A stretch of DNA of 63,957 nucleotides, counting the filler, from Octopus bimaculoides (lineage: Eukaryota), in assembly GCF_001194135.2 (NCBI RefSeq). It is 5 parts of 5 records of this genome, joined end to end, with 100 filler letters (N's around TTAATTAATTAA, not from the genome) between each part and the next. Parts side by side here need not be neighbours in the genome. Positions count along the whole stretch, not along the records: positions 48,609 to 56,903 come from NC_068986.1; positions 57,004 to 63,957 come from NC_068989.1; 3 more parts are not named here. One strand, 5' to 3'. Each line of letters opens with the position of its first letter. Position 1 is the stretch's first letter. Shown piece after piece: positions 49,234 through 63,725 of this stretch. The notes beneath the pieces were generated by a model. It was not told the origin of the DNA. It did not search any database and was given only the letters and a program-made list of their open reading frames with translations. Made by a program: the position numbers and the translations under genes.

Positions 49234-49578
49234 CATACACAAACACACACACAGACAAACACACGCACACATATACACACGCATATATATACACATACAT
49301 ATATATACACATACACACACACCTATATATATACATATATACATACATAAACCTATTCATATATATACATATATGAACCTATACATATATATACATATAC
49401 ATACACACACACGCACATATATTATATATGCATATACAAACATATATGTACATATTTCTAATGTATAAACATATATATATATATACACATACATACATAC
49501 AAACATACATACATATATATGCATACATATATATACATATATAGGCATATATATATTCATATATATGCATACACATAT

Positions 49579-49630
<52 letters not shown>

Positions 49631-51039
49631 GTATGTACATATATTTATATAAAGGGCATTATTACAGAAAAATAATAACGCCATATATGTATGTATATAT
49701 GCATACACACACACACTCAAACATATATATATTTACATATATATGTTTGCATATTCACACACATATGTAATTGCATGTATACGTGTGTACGTGTATATGA
49801 TGTGTATACGATGTGTATATGTATATGTATACGTGTATGCGAATGTAAGATTACAAAGGAGGCAGATCTTTTACTCGCCTATCCAATCTTTTATGTATCT
49901 CTGTTGGCCCTTACAGCAAACATAGAAGAAATAACTAGTGACCTTATTCTATCAGCATAATCATTATATTAATAACAACAACAACAACAACAACAACAAC
50001 AATAACAATAATAATAATAATTCATAATTATTATCACCATCATTATTGTCATTATCATTATCAATAACACTTCTCTATTGTCTCACGTAAAACCGCTGCC
50101 ACCGCCACCGCCACAAACACACCACCATCGTCACCATGATCCCCCACTCCACATGTACCACCACCACACACATTCTCTGCCCATTCTCTCCTGCAAAAGG
50201 ACGTCAATACCGAGGATAATATAAACCAATCAATTGTAATCAGATAATTTTTAATGCTTTCTTTCCTTTCTTTCTGTCTTTCCTTCTTTTCTTTTCTTTT
50301 CTTGGCGTTCTTTTCTTTCTTTCTTATATGCCATCCATTAATTTTGAGTCGGGCTCCGAGTGAGACACTATGTCAAACACACATAAAATATAACACGGCT
50401 GGATACCATGTTTNNNNNNNNNNNNNNNNNNNNNNNNNNNNNNNNNNNNNNNNNNNNNNNNNNNNNNNNNNNNNNNNNNNNNNNNNNNNNNNNNNNNNNN
50501 NNNNNNNNNNNNNNNNNNNNNNNNNNNNNNNNNNNNNNNNNNNNNNNNNNNNNNNNNNNNNNNNNNNNNNNNNNNNNNNNNNNNNNNNNNNNNNNNNNNN
50601 NNNNNNNNNNNNNNNNNNNNNNNNNNNNNNNNNNNNNNNNNNNNNNNNNNNNNNNNNNNNNNNNNNNNNNNNNNNNNNNNNNNNNNNNNNNNNNNNNNNN
50701 NNNNNNNNNNNNNNNNNNNNNNNNNNNNNNNNNNNNNNNNNNNNNNNNNNNNNNNNNNNNNNNNNNNNNNNNNNNNNNNNNNNNNNNNNNNNNNNNNNNN
50801 NNNNNNNNNNNNNNNNNNNNNNNNNNNNNNNNNNNNNNNNNNNNNNNNNNNNNNNNNNNNNNNNNNNNNNNNNNNNNNNNNNNNNNNNNNNNNNNNNNNN
50901 NNNNNNNNTTACTTGTTCTTGTATTACTTTATGTTGGAGTTTGTTTTGTTTGTTTGTTTTTGGGACTGTTTGGCTGGTTGGCTGGTTGGCTAGTTGGGTG
51001 GGTTGTTGGCTGGTCTGTTATGTATTATTTTTTCATGGG

Positions 51040-51460
51040 GAAAGAAAGAGTTAGAGTATGGTGTTTGGGAAAGAAGAATAATGTGAGAAAGAGAAAAGAA
51101 AAAAAGGAGAGACAGATAGACGACAGAAAGGAAAAGAGAGAGAAAGAAAGAGAGACAGAGAAAGGAAGAGGGAGACTGAAAGGAGAGAGGGGAAAAAGAG
51201 AAAGAGAGAGAAGTAGAGTTAAAGGAGAGAGCGAGGAAGAGAAAGAGAAAGAGAGAAAGAGACAGAAAAGGGGAGACAGAAATAGATAAAGGGAAGCACA
51301 CAGAGAGAGAAAAAAGAGAGAAATAGGAGAAATTTATTAGGAGAAATTTAAGAGAAAGGGAGAGAAAAACAGAGATGGAAAGAGAGAAAGAAAGCGAGAA
51401 CGAGAGAGAGCGAGAGAGTGAGAGAGACGGAAAACAAAGGAAAAGAGAGTGAGAGAGAGG
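51040..51460. repeat. Purine-rich (GA/GAA) low-complexity tract
   Basis: Almost exclusively A/G on the + strand. Confidence 0.9.
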
Positions 51461-51981
51461 CATTTATATTCATTGATACCTATTATTTTATGCTTAAATT
51501 ATTATATGTTTGTAATGTTGTTCTCTCTATTACTGTATATTATATGTTTATGCCCATAAATATTCTTTTCTACTCTAGGCACAAGGCCCGATGCATATAA
51601 ATATTGTATGGGATATATTAATGTGTTTATATTACACTATGGTTTTATTACCGTGTACATATGTTATTGTATCGTTGTGTTTACAATATGGCTATATAAC
51701 ATCATCAACACCTGGATATTATAATGTCTCGAGTTCTATGACTCATAGGGCCAGTTATTTGGTTTCCATTGCGCACAAATTTCCAAGATCACAACACTTC
51801 CGCTGGACGGAGCGCCAATCCATCGCAGGGTTACCCATTTACAGTTGAGTAGACTGGAGTAACGTGAAATGAAGCGCCGTCTGTTCCTTCTCATCATTTT
51901 GTTTATATCATTGCATGGTTATATTAATGTATGGCTTATATTACAATACGGTTATATTTATTATATAGTTATATTATTGTG

Positions 51982-52348
51982 TAGTGGAGGCGCAATGACC
52001 CAGTGGTTAGGGCAGCGGATTCGCGGTCATAAGATCGCGGTTTCGATTCCCAGACCGGGCATTGTGAGTGTTTATTGAGCGAAAACACCTAAAGCTTCAT
52101 GAAGCTCCGCCAGGGGATGGTGGCGAACTTTGCTGTACTCTTCCACCACAACTCTATTTCTGTTGTGCCTGTAATTCAAAGGGTCAGCCTTGTCACACTG
52201 TGTCACACTGAATATCCCCGAGAACTACGTTAAGGGTACACGTGTCTGTGGAGTGCTCAGCCACTTGCACGTTAATTTTACGAGCAGGCTGTTCCGTTGA
52301 TCGGATCAACTGGAACCCTCGACGTCGTAAGCGACGGAGTGCCAACAA
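51982..52348 (+). mobile_element. tRNA-derived SINE family C, near full length
   Basis: A-box-like tgacccagtgg and B-box-like ggtttcgattcc. Related copies at 39385-39735 (-) and 57004-57150. Confidence 0.88.
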
Positions 52349-52461
52349 ATAATAATATTATTCTGTTGTTGTACAGCATGTTTATATTATTGTTTTGATA
52401 TACTACAGTAGCATAATATTGTTGTTTATAGCTATATTTTTGTATAGTTATTGTATGGTTA

Positions 52462-52810
52462 GTGAAAGCGCATGGCTTAGTGGTTATAACCTCGGGCTCA
52501 CAATCAAGAGGTAGTAAGTTCGATTCTCTGACCGGGTTGCGTGTTGTGCTCTTAAGCAAGACACTTTATTTCACGTTGCCCCAGTTCACTCACCTATAGA
52601 AATAAGTCGCGACGTCACCGGTGCCAAGCTGTATCAGCCTTTGCCTTTCTCTGAGATAAAATCGGTAGCGTGGAGACAGGAGGCTGGTGTGTATGGGCGA
52701 CTGCTGGTCTTCCATAAACAACCTTACCTGGACCTGTGCTCTGGAGGGAAGCCTTCTAGGTGCAACCCCACGGTCATTCATAACCGAAGGGGGTCTTTGC
52801 CCTTTACCCT
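52462..52810 (+). mobile_element. tRNA-derived SINE family D, near full length
   Basis: A box tggcttagtgg, B box gttcgattct. The head is shared with 18225-18350. Confidence 0.85.
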
Positions 52811-52989
52811 GTATGGCTATATTACAGTATGGTTATATTATTATATAGTTACATTACTGCATGGTTTCATTACTTTATTTTTATATTTTATGGTATTTAT
52901 AACAATGTATGGTCATTTGCAATATAGTGACATACATTTCTTTATATTACTGTATAGTAATATTATATGGTTATATTACCCTATAGTCA

Positions 52990-53330
52990 TATTGACCAAT
53001 CGTCAAGTAGAGCAAATCGATCAAGCCACCCATCACAGTCCCACACAGCATTCAGGAAGTTAACAGGGTAGCATACCTCGTATCCATGCAGAGCTGGTTG
53101 AGAATTTTTTCTTTTTCCCTGACGGAGTAGACATAGGTAGGTATATGTCACTAACGAGTTCTTGCTTAGCTTTCCAACAAGAATCCTGAAAAACGCATGC
53201 ATCTTTTTCTGATGGCATCAATGATTACAAGAACACTGTCATACAGTCGGTGCTTGATAGAATGCCTTTTGCACAATGTATTCTCATTGGTCCGTAACAT
53301 ATGTAACATGTTTCCAGATGTTTTGTGAAT
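52990..53330 (-). mobile_element. Decayed RTE-like LINE 3' end
   Basis: Frameshifted fragments RTNE...DAIRKRCMRF, GKRK, NQLCMDT and WDCDGWLDR. Confidence 0.5.
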
Positions 53331-53529
53331 GTCCAAGCAAAAGACTTTTAAAGAAAAACACTGGTTACACATCACGAAATAAGATTCTCTTGAGATCATC
53401 AGGTAGCAGGAAACTCGCAGATGATTCTGAGGTTAACAAGAACATAGCATGTTTTGCGAGGCGAATTTTTACATCCTTTTTTTTAGGGGAATGCGATGCT
53501 ACGTTTTAAGTATACTCTTTGGTAATACT

Positions 53530-53815
53530 GCGCAGCCTGCAGATGATTGTGGCGGAAAAAAAGTGAGACTTGCAAATTACATTTTCCAACTGCCAGAACA
53601 ACGAATATCCAAGACAACTATACAAAGGGTATCACCAGAGGAACGAAGAAAGAGAGAAAAACCTAAGAAGACATGAAGCACCATTTGCGAAGATCTGAAA
53701 CAACTCTGCATCATCTGGGAAGATGCAAGCGACTATGCTCAAAACTGGGATTATTGGAGACTTCTTGCTGCCCAACTGTACTGGAGGAAGTATGACTCAG
53801 GCCAAGTCTAAGATT
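53530..53815 (+). mobile_element. RTE-like LINE 3' end
   Basis: VRLANYIFQLPEQRISKT...RRKREKPKKT*STICEDLKQL...WEDASDYAQNWDYWR, followed by an aagtctaag tail. Confidence 0.75.
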
Positions 53816-55068
53816 GTTCTACTGCATTATGTTTATTTTACAGTTGGGTTAAGATATTGCAATCCTATATTGCTTCTTAATATGATTATATTACTGTATG
53901 GTTATATTCCTGTAAGCTTATATTATTGAATAGTTGTATTGTTTTTAATGGACTATGAGGGAAAGCGACGATATGAGAAGGGAGAAGATGAGATGTATTA
54001 GTGAGAAACTATGAGAAAACGAGAAAGTTAGAGAGGTCGACAGATGCAGTTATATTCATTTATATCTATGCTTCTGTTCCTATATTCGTTTACAGAATTT
54101 TCGTTGTTTTTTTTTAGTTGTTTTATGTTTTCATTTTTGTCTCTCCTTTTTGGTAGTGAGGCGGATGCTCATGTTCATATTGTTTATAAAACAATCAATG
54201 CAAAAACGACAACAGAAACAACACAGACCAACTCTTCAGAACCACAATTCCAAAGGAAATCAGTGAGTTGATGGACAACAAAAATAAAACTTTTCAGCAA
54301 GCTATTTTACTTATTTGCCGTGTAAAAAATAAAATACATACGCATGGAGAGGGAGCGAAGACGAACGCCATTTCACAAAACCGCCGCTATTTGACTTCTG
54401 GAGAGTACCACAGAAGGGATTAACAGAGACTAACGAAAAATATTCCAAAAGACCGTGGGACCTTTTAAATAATGAGGACACAAATATATGCTGGATGAGA
54501 GGGCCTTTGAAAGCATCTGAAACCAGATTACCCAGCTCTTTGCCTCTTAATATAGGTTGTGTAAAAATCATGGACTGATGTCTGTTCGGAAGCAAAAGCA
54601 CTAAAGGAATGATCACAGGTCTTTCGGTATAGATGTGAGACCAAAGTTTCAGATGTACATACACTCGAGCTACTTTTCCCTGAATAAGAGAGTTTCGTTC
54701 TATAGGCGCGGATCAGGTGAGGTGGCCGGGTATTTTCGCAAGGCTCTGGATTTCGAGATAAGGACGATTTTCTTGGACCTGAATAGTAGGCCGATAGTTT
54801 TATATTCAGGGACGTCTATACAATATTATAAACCCCAGAACAAAGCAATGTACTGGGGCCCCTGCATACAAAACCACTGCTTAACTAGATTGTCATAGGG
54901 CTCCCAGATCCGTGGAGCCTCGGAGCAACTGTCTAATGTGTCAATGTCTCAAGAGAAGAATACCTGTACGTAAGCAGCAGCAAAAACAAGACCTGCAATT
55001 AAAGGCTAATATCCCAGATGGTGCGGTCTGCTTTATTTATTCCAGAATCTCGAAGCATAGGTAACCAA

Positions 55069-55606
55069 AGGCGTAGGAGTGGCTGTGTGGTAAGTAGCTT
55101 GCTTACCAACCACATGGTCCCGAGTTCAGTCCCACTGCGTGGCATCTTGGGCAAGTGCTTTCTACTATAGCCTCGGGCCGACCAAAGCCTTGTGAGTGGA
55201 TTTGGTAGACGGAAACTGAAAGAAGCCCGTCGTATATATATATANNNNNNNNNNNNNNNNNNNNNNNNNNNNNNNNNNNNNNNNNNNNNNNNNNNNNNNN
55301 NNNNNNNNNNNNNNNNNNNNNNNNNNNNNNNNNNNNNNNNNNNNNNNNNNNNNNNNNNNNNNNNNNNNNNNNNNNNNNNNTGTGTGTGTGTGTGTGTGTG
55401 TGTTTGTGTGTCTGTGTTTGTCCTTCCAACATCGCTTGACAACCGATGCTGGTGTGTTTATGTCCCTGTAACTTAGCGGTTCGGCAAAAGAGACCGATAG
55501 AATAAGTACTAGGCTTCTAAAGAATAAGTCCTGGGGTCGATTTGCTCGACTAAAGATGGTGCTCCAGCATGACCACAGTCAAAAGACTGAAACAAGTAAA
55601 AGAGAG
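55069..55606 (+). mobile_element. tRNA-derived SINE family A, near full length (internal gap in the microsatellite)
   Basis: A box tggctgtgtgg, B-box-like gagttcagtcc, internal (AT)/(GT)n and gtaaaagag tail. Other copies or fragments at about 14660, 20200, 21385(-), 57280(-) and 61200(-). Confidence 0.9.
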
Positions 55607-58033
55607 TATACTGGGTGACCATTCTGGCTGATCATACTAAAAGAATACCAAGTAGTAACAAGCGCATACCTGGACATTCGACAAGGACGGTGAGTCTGCA
55701 GTTCGGCGCCTGATGAGAAAAGTCCAAGGAGGTCAGCGTCTGTTAGTGATGCGTCGGTCCAGTTAAGAGGTTTATGGTTCCGTTTATTTCAGTCTCGACC
55801 TTAAGTAACTGAGACTAGATTACTATCAGAGTAGCCAGACACAACTTGAAATGGACTAAGACGAGGCTATCCCTGAAAAGTCAGAAAAACGAACACCTGT
55901 ATAGCTTCCATTATATATTACCAACTGGCCTCCACGCCTTGTTTAGGTTGCATCTGACCCCGACCCCTACCATTATCATCATTACTGTCACCACCATCAC
56001 TATCATCATACTTCTACCATCTTCGCCACTATATCTCTGTTACTGCCAGTACAACCACCATACCTTTGTCACCTCTCTAACCACCACCGCCCATCTATCT
56101 TCCGCCACCAACACCACACTTTTATCAGTATATGCTCCCCACCACCATAATTTCTACCTTCACCACCGCCCTCATTATCACTAGCAGTTCAGTTATAGTA
56201 CAGCTATCAATACTCACCCCACCTCCACGCTTTTATGTTCCAATTTTAATTTAACAGAAAATGTATTAATGAAGATGAATCCAGGTTTCCCAGTTACCCT
56301 TCTCTTTTTCTTTCATTCTCTTTCTTTCTTTCCCACTCCTTCTCTCTTTTTGCCTCTCTCTCTCTCACCCTCTGGCATTCTCTGATTCTTTTCAATGTGC
56401 AATTTATGCATGTGTATACCTGTGTCTGTATGTATGTGCGCGTGTGTGTGAGTGTGTATGTGAGCATACATATGTGTCAGATGACGGACAAAAACTAAAA
56501 ATTTATGCATTTATCAGTAAATAAAATTCATAGACAAATAGATAGATAGATAGATAGATAGGTAGATAGATAGATAGATTTATATGTTTATACGTGTGTA
56601 TTCATGCAAGGTTTACACATACAGACACACACACACACACTCACACAGTGAAACTAGTTAGTACGCCAGGTGCTAACTCATAAACGAATTATATACAATA
56701 ATATAATATATATAATATATACAATAATATATAATATTCATATGTATATATATGTATATATAGATAATATTCATGTGTATATATATATATATATATGCAC
56801 ACAAATATACATACATATAAATATATATATGTAGTTGTATTATTGTATAGTTAGGTGTCATGGAGAGATTGGTGATTTAAAGAGAAGGAAATGTATATAT
56901 ATANNNNNNNNNNNNNNNNNNNNNNNNNNNNNNNNNNNNNNNNNNNNTTAATTAATTAANNNNNNNNNNNNNNNNNNNNNNNNNNNNNNNNNNNNNNNNN
57001 NNNCTTCCTGTTTCTGTTGTACCTGTATTTTAAAGGGGCCAGCCTTGTCACACTCTGTGTCATGCTAAATCTCCCCAAGAACTACATTAAGCTTCCGCGT
57101 GTCTGTGGGGTGCTCAGCCAATTGCACGTTAATTTCACGAGCAGGCCGTTTAAGTGAACACCGAATATATAGTGCGTGTGTTTTCATTGACTAAACCAGC
57201 AACATGACTATCCCCAAATACAACAATTTATATGTAATTTAATGGGCATTGAATTGACATATATGTGTATGTTTTTTTACAGTCATTTGACTGTGGCCAT
57301 GCTGAAGCACCGCCTTTAGTCGAACAAATCGACTCCAGGACTTATTCTTAGTAAACCTAGTACTCATTCTATCGGTCTATTTTGCCGAACTGCTAAGTTA
57401 CGGGGGATGTAAACACACCAACATCGGTTGTCAAGCGATGGTGGGGGATAAACACAGAAACACAAATGTATGTATGTGTGTATGTATGTATGCTGTTATT
57501 TAATTTTATTTCTAGATTTCTAACCAATAGAAAAAGAGGCAGCTTTTAACCTATCTTAGATCCGAGACTTCTTTATTGCAGTTTCAACATCACCAGGGTA
57601 TGTATATATGTATTGCATGTCTAGATATGTGCATACGTATTTGTATGCTAAACTTATGGAAAGTTTCACATATTTTGACAGTTCCATTGATGGGTTGTAT
57701 CTGTAGTCTTCTAATTAGCTTTCTCCTTTCTGGTTTCGAAAATCATAACTTCTCAAGATTATTGCTGAGGCAAGTTTATTACGTATCCCACTGCCCCAAT
57801 ACTTAAGATCAGAAGCCATGAGAGCCACCGCCTGGTATTGCATCAGGCCATGGCGAGCTGACAAAATGCTTAGCGGCACTTCGTCCGTCTGCACGCTCTG
57901 AGTTCAAATTCCGCCGAGGTCGACTTTCGGGGTCAATCAAATAAGTACCAGTTACGTACTAGGGTCAGTATAATCGACTAGACCCACCCTAACAAAAGAA
58001 AAAAGTTCAGACTTTGTTCCTTTAGTAGAAAGG

Positions 58034-58080
<47 letters not shown>

Positions 58081-58764
58081 TGTTATTATTATCATCATCA
58101 TCATCATCATTATTAGTTTTATTATTATTACTGTTGTTGTTTCTGTTAAACTTTTACTTTACTTTCTTTCCCACTTCTTCTTCTTGTCTCTTTCGCTTCC
58201 TTTTCTCTTTCTACTTCGTCCATATCTTTTCTTGTCATTCTTCTTCTTTATCGTCTTCTCCTCCACCTCCACCTCCTCCTCATCCTCATCCTACTACTAC
58301 TACTACTACTACTTCAGCTTCTTCCTTCCTTTTCTTCGCCGTTGATTCATTCTTCCCGTGGCGCTTTTACCTCCTTCGCCACCTCCAGCACACAATATGG
58401 TGGTAGTGGTGGCGGTGGAGGTTGATTGATGACGGTGCTGCTGCTACTGGCTACATTAAAATGCTAGAAGGTTCTCTGTGAACCACAGATGTTCGGAGGT
58501 CTTTATCTCACTTTTGCTGTTGTTGTTGTTGTTGTTGTTGTTGTAAGTGGCGTTGCTGAGGGTATTTCTATGTGATGGTATTGTTCTTGTTCTTGTCGTT
58601 GGTACTCGTGGCTGTTGTTGCTGCTGCTGTTGTTGTTGTTGTGGTAGATATTCCTTTGTATCTGATCAGATTTATGCACATAGGCCAACACACACACACA
58701 CACACACACACACCCAGCAAGAGAAAGAGACATAACATGCACGCACGCACACTCACACACACGC

Positions 58765-58812
<48 letters not shown>

Positions 58813-58965
58813 ATTCTCAGAAAAGGTAAAAGAGGCATTTATACATGTGCTCACAGACATTCTCACATCCACATACATATGTATTTGTACAAATGTCTAG
58901 ACACACACAAATACACATGCACAATAAGGATACACACACACACACACACACTTACATATCGTTTG

Positions 58966-58997
<32 letters not shown>

Positions 58998-59306
58998 CAG
59001 ATGTTGAAATACATATTCATAAACACATGCATAAGTACACTTGCAAAATTATGTACATTCACATGCAGACAGATATACATACATTCTGGTATTCATATAC
59101 ATGTGTATATATGCAAATGTCAAGACACAAAAGAACACAAAAGAGACAAAAAAAAAAACTAAGAAAAATAGACATGTGTGTGTGTGTATGTGTGTTTGTA
59201 TATGTGTGTGTGTGTGTATCTGTATGTATACATCCATATATGTGTGTACATGTGTGTATATGTATATGTGTGTATATGTATATATATGTGTGTATATGTA
59301 TGTGTG

Positions 59307-59350
<44 letters not shown>

Positions 59351-59420
59351 TGTATATATATATATGTATATGTATATGTATGTATATATATATCTGTATG
59401 TGTGTATATATATATGTTTG

Positions 59421-59455
<35 letters not shown>

Positions 59456-61178
59456 NNNNNNNNNNNNNNNNNNNNNNNNNNNNNNNNNNNNNNNNNNNNN
59501 NNNNNNNNNNNNNNNNNNNNNNNNNNNNNNNNNNNNNNNNNNNNNNNNNNNNNNNNNNNNNNNNNNNNNNNNNNNNNNNNNNNNNNNNNNNNNNNNNNNN
59601 NNNNNNNNNNNNNNNNNNNNNNNNNNNNNNNNNNNNNNNNNNNNNNNNNNNNNNNNNNNNNNNNNNNNNNNNNNNNNNNNNNNNNNNNNNNNNNNNNNTA
59701 TATATACCATACTTAATGTCAATACATCGTTGAAAGGTAAGTTTATTGCGGTATTCGTTCTGAAATAACATCTTTTATTGACATGCAGTGTTTAAAAAAG
59801 ACACTGCATGTCGGAGGCAGGCGAAACCCGTCCAGCACCGACCAGTGAGAACACCAGCTGCATTTCGATCTCATTGCGCTTTATCAATTTATTAATTGAA
59901 TCCGATTGACGTCAACGCTTTCCTCCTTCCTCAGACACACAAAGGAAAAACATTCACGAGCATAAGCGAAGAGCGAGGGGGGGAGAGAGGTGGGGAGATG
60001 GGACAAGAGAAATATTAAAGTTTCCGAAATGACACCGGTTGCTAAAAGCAAGTCCCCTCTTCACATGCGATTGAAGAAAACACAGACACACATGAAAAAA
60101 GAAGAGAGGAGATAGAGAAGGACAAAGAGTGAGATATAGAGAGATGTTTGTAGCAATGGAAGTCTTTCATTACACCTTAATGTTTCTCTCTCTCTTCCAA
60201 TATTTCTACTCACCGCACCAAAATTTTAATTCCCTGTCAGTTCCACTTTGTCAAAGATTTTCAGAAACTCTTTTCGACGTTTTGTTATTATTTTACCACA
60301 TATATAAACTGAAGCAGAAAGTTAAACAAAATTTATTAGTCGAGTAGTTTGCTGTCAACTAATATACAGACAATTTTTTTCTGTATCAGAAAACCCCGGT
60401 TTTAAACGGCTGATGTCAAATAAATCAGTATCGAATCAGTAACGCCAAATTGGCGGCACCAAAGCGGCTGTGCCAAAACGTCTCAAAACCCTCTTCCCTG
60501 ACTTTGCTTTTCAGGTCAAAAGTCAGAAAATACCTTGATACCTCTCATGATGCTTCTTTATTCGTGTAGAATTGATCTACGGATGAACTCTGATGTTTGA
60601 TGATGTAGAAGGGAGATAAACCAACACCTAATAGTGATTAAATCGGTATTAATTCCCTACCTCCTTGTTTCTCTTCTATCTAGGCGCTGTCACTATCAAT
60701 ATTTTCTTTCCAAACTTTGACACAAGGCCAACACCTTCGGTGGGGGGAGAGCTCAGTCGATTACATTGAGCCCAGTACTCAAGGGGTATTTATTTTATCG
60801 ACTCCGTAAGGACGAAAGGCAAAGTCGACCACATTAGAATTTGAACTCGGAACGTAAAGACGGACGAAATGCTGCTAAGCATTTGGTCTGACTCGGGAAC
60901 GAAATTTGCTTAGCGGGAGCAAACCCAGGCCCAAATAGTTTTACAAACAAGGTCATGTCTTATTTATTTATTTATTTATGTTCTTTGCTCTTTGAAAAGA
61001 AACCTAATTCAAAGTACTTTTTACAGATCACTTTATACTCACTGTTTTCTAAACCTGAGAAAAGTAAGTAGAGGTTCCAATTTTGATTCCCTACTCCACA
61101 AAAATTTTAAGGAGTGCAAGCGCACCCCCTGCACCCCTCTGTTCCTGGGCCTATGTGTGTGTGTGTGTATAAGTATGC

Positions 61179-61222
<44 letters not shown>

Positions 61223-61884
61223 GATAAACTTCTTTCAGTTTCCGTCTACGAAATCCACTCACAGTGCCTTGGTCGGTCCGAGGCCAGAGTAGAAGACATT
61301 TGCCCAAGGTTCCACTCAGTGAAACTGAACCCGGGACCATGTGGTTAGGAAGCAAGCTTCTTACCACACAGTCACACCTAATCATGTATGAATATCTATC
61401 TTGGCTAAAATCCATCCCTACGTATGTCCTTTGATATTATCACAACCAGGTCAAGGTTCATATCCCGATCATTCATATTTTTAGTATATGCTTTCAGGCT
61501 GTGTACAAAAGGCTATGTGTCTGATAAATATACATTTAGCATAGCATATATATATGCATGTGACTATGCAAAAGGGTGTATATGCACGTATGATTGATGT
61601 ATTAGTATATATATGTATATATGATGTCTGTATACCTATGAGGGACAGCTATTCTTTACGCCATATGTTATTGAGAAACACAACCATTCTTTGGTTCTAC
61701 ATTTAATTTATTGGGAATGTTTTATATTTTTTATGAATCTTTTATGTGTTCTTTGATGGAACAATAAATTTCTCGAAGCCAGTAAGGTCAGGAAATGTTA
61801 AGGGGACAAGGAGGATTTATTATTCAAAGTAAAAGTATCTGGCAGACTAGTAAGAGAGTATGGAATATCCAGCAGTAGTTATTT

Positions 61885-61926
<42 letters not shown>

Positions 61927-62039
61927 ACACACACATACGCATATACACACACATACACACATATGTATGTATATGTGTATGTATAAATGTATGTATATAC
62001 ATATATGCTATTATTTGTATATATATTTATAATTTGATA

Positions 62040-62450
<411 letters not shown>

Positions 62451-63520
62451 ACCTGTGTTTGTTGTGATATTATGATTGAAAATATCGACCTTGTTTGTAA
62501 AAAAATTTGGACCTGGGTGTGCAACCCTAAACAAATTTCCTGTGTATTTGCCTTAAACATTGTGCTGGAATTTAAACCACCAATGATAGAGGAAGAAGTC
62601 CACCTTGAGTCTATCCTGTTCGTATCCACTGCAGCGACGACCAGGACACACAAATGTACGAATTCACGGCCATGACATTTTAGTACTCGAATACCTAACC
62701 GCTCGAGAAGCCACAGTATGATCGTTTGACCTGTTAAAAATAGCGGTTAAATCAACTCCTTCCTATCACATCTTACTATTTTAAGCGGAGTAGACATTTT
62801 ACATAATGTAGTCGTAGATAAGTAACGCCTGAGAAAACGACAGGAAGGTCACGGCTAGAACGATTTTGATCATTGGTCTTCCCAGTCAGTGGTCAGTTGA
62901 ACAACAACAAGCTGACATGGCTGTGCGGTTAAGACATCCGCTTTACAATTACGTGGTTTCAGGTTCAGTCCACTGCCGCGGTACCTTGGGCAAGCGTTTT
63001 CTATTATAGAAAGGCCAGCAAGTTCAGGAAAGGGCTTAACTTGATGTCGCCGACCCTAGTGTTCAGCTGGTACTTATTTTATCGACCCCGAAAGGACGAA
63101 GAGTACTTTCGACCGCGGCGGAATTTGATCACAGAACATAAGGACACACGAAATGCCTCTGAGGGCATTCTGCCCGGCGTGCTAACGATTCCGCCAGATC
63201 GCCGCCTTAAATGCAATGATAACAATATTAGTGGAGGTGTAGTGGTGGTGGTGGTGGTGGTGGTGGTGGTGGTGTCGGCGCTACTGGGAGATGCCTGTTA
63301 GGGCTATCAAAAAATAAAACATGTTGTATGGTGAGGGGAAGTGGTGGGGGTGGGAGTCATTCGTTTTTTATTGTTCATTGTTTTTTTTTTAATATATTTT
63401 CCATTTCTTATCATTTCTGTATTGTTTGGTTCATTCGTTTCCAATTCATTTGTCTTCCTATGAGAGTATAACAACTGTGGGAGGGTCACGTGTATGTCAA
63501 GCAGAAGCACTTATGATATC

Positions 63521-63567
<47 letters not shown>

Positions 63568-63675
63568 AAACACATACACACACACACATACACACCACAT
63601 TTACATACATACAAATATGCAGAGAATGATTTATGACAGAGGCACAAGACCTCAGATTCACATTGTATGTATGAA

Positions 63676-63725
<50 letters not shown>

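Noticed and set aside
51982-52070. tRNA genes at the A/B-box heads (also 52462, 55069, 18225, 39650)
   Set aside because: Each continues into a SINE body and lacks a clean cloverleaf and terminator.
54300-54960. Possible hAT-like relic with a GC-rich end
   Set aside because: No diagnostic motif could be recovered in any frame, so it is left unclassified.
55690-55740. CTGATGAG core and a nearby G|GTGAGT donor-like site
   Set aside because: There is no stem II or GAAA, and no open recognisable exon upstream.
56652-56690. Helitron-like 3' end (hairpin plus CTAG|T on the minus strand)
   Set aside because: The hairpin is imperfect and directly adjacent to CTAG, and there is no matching 5' end or coding relic.
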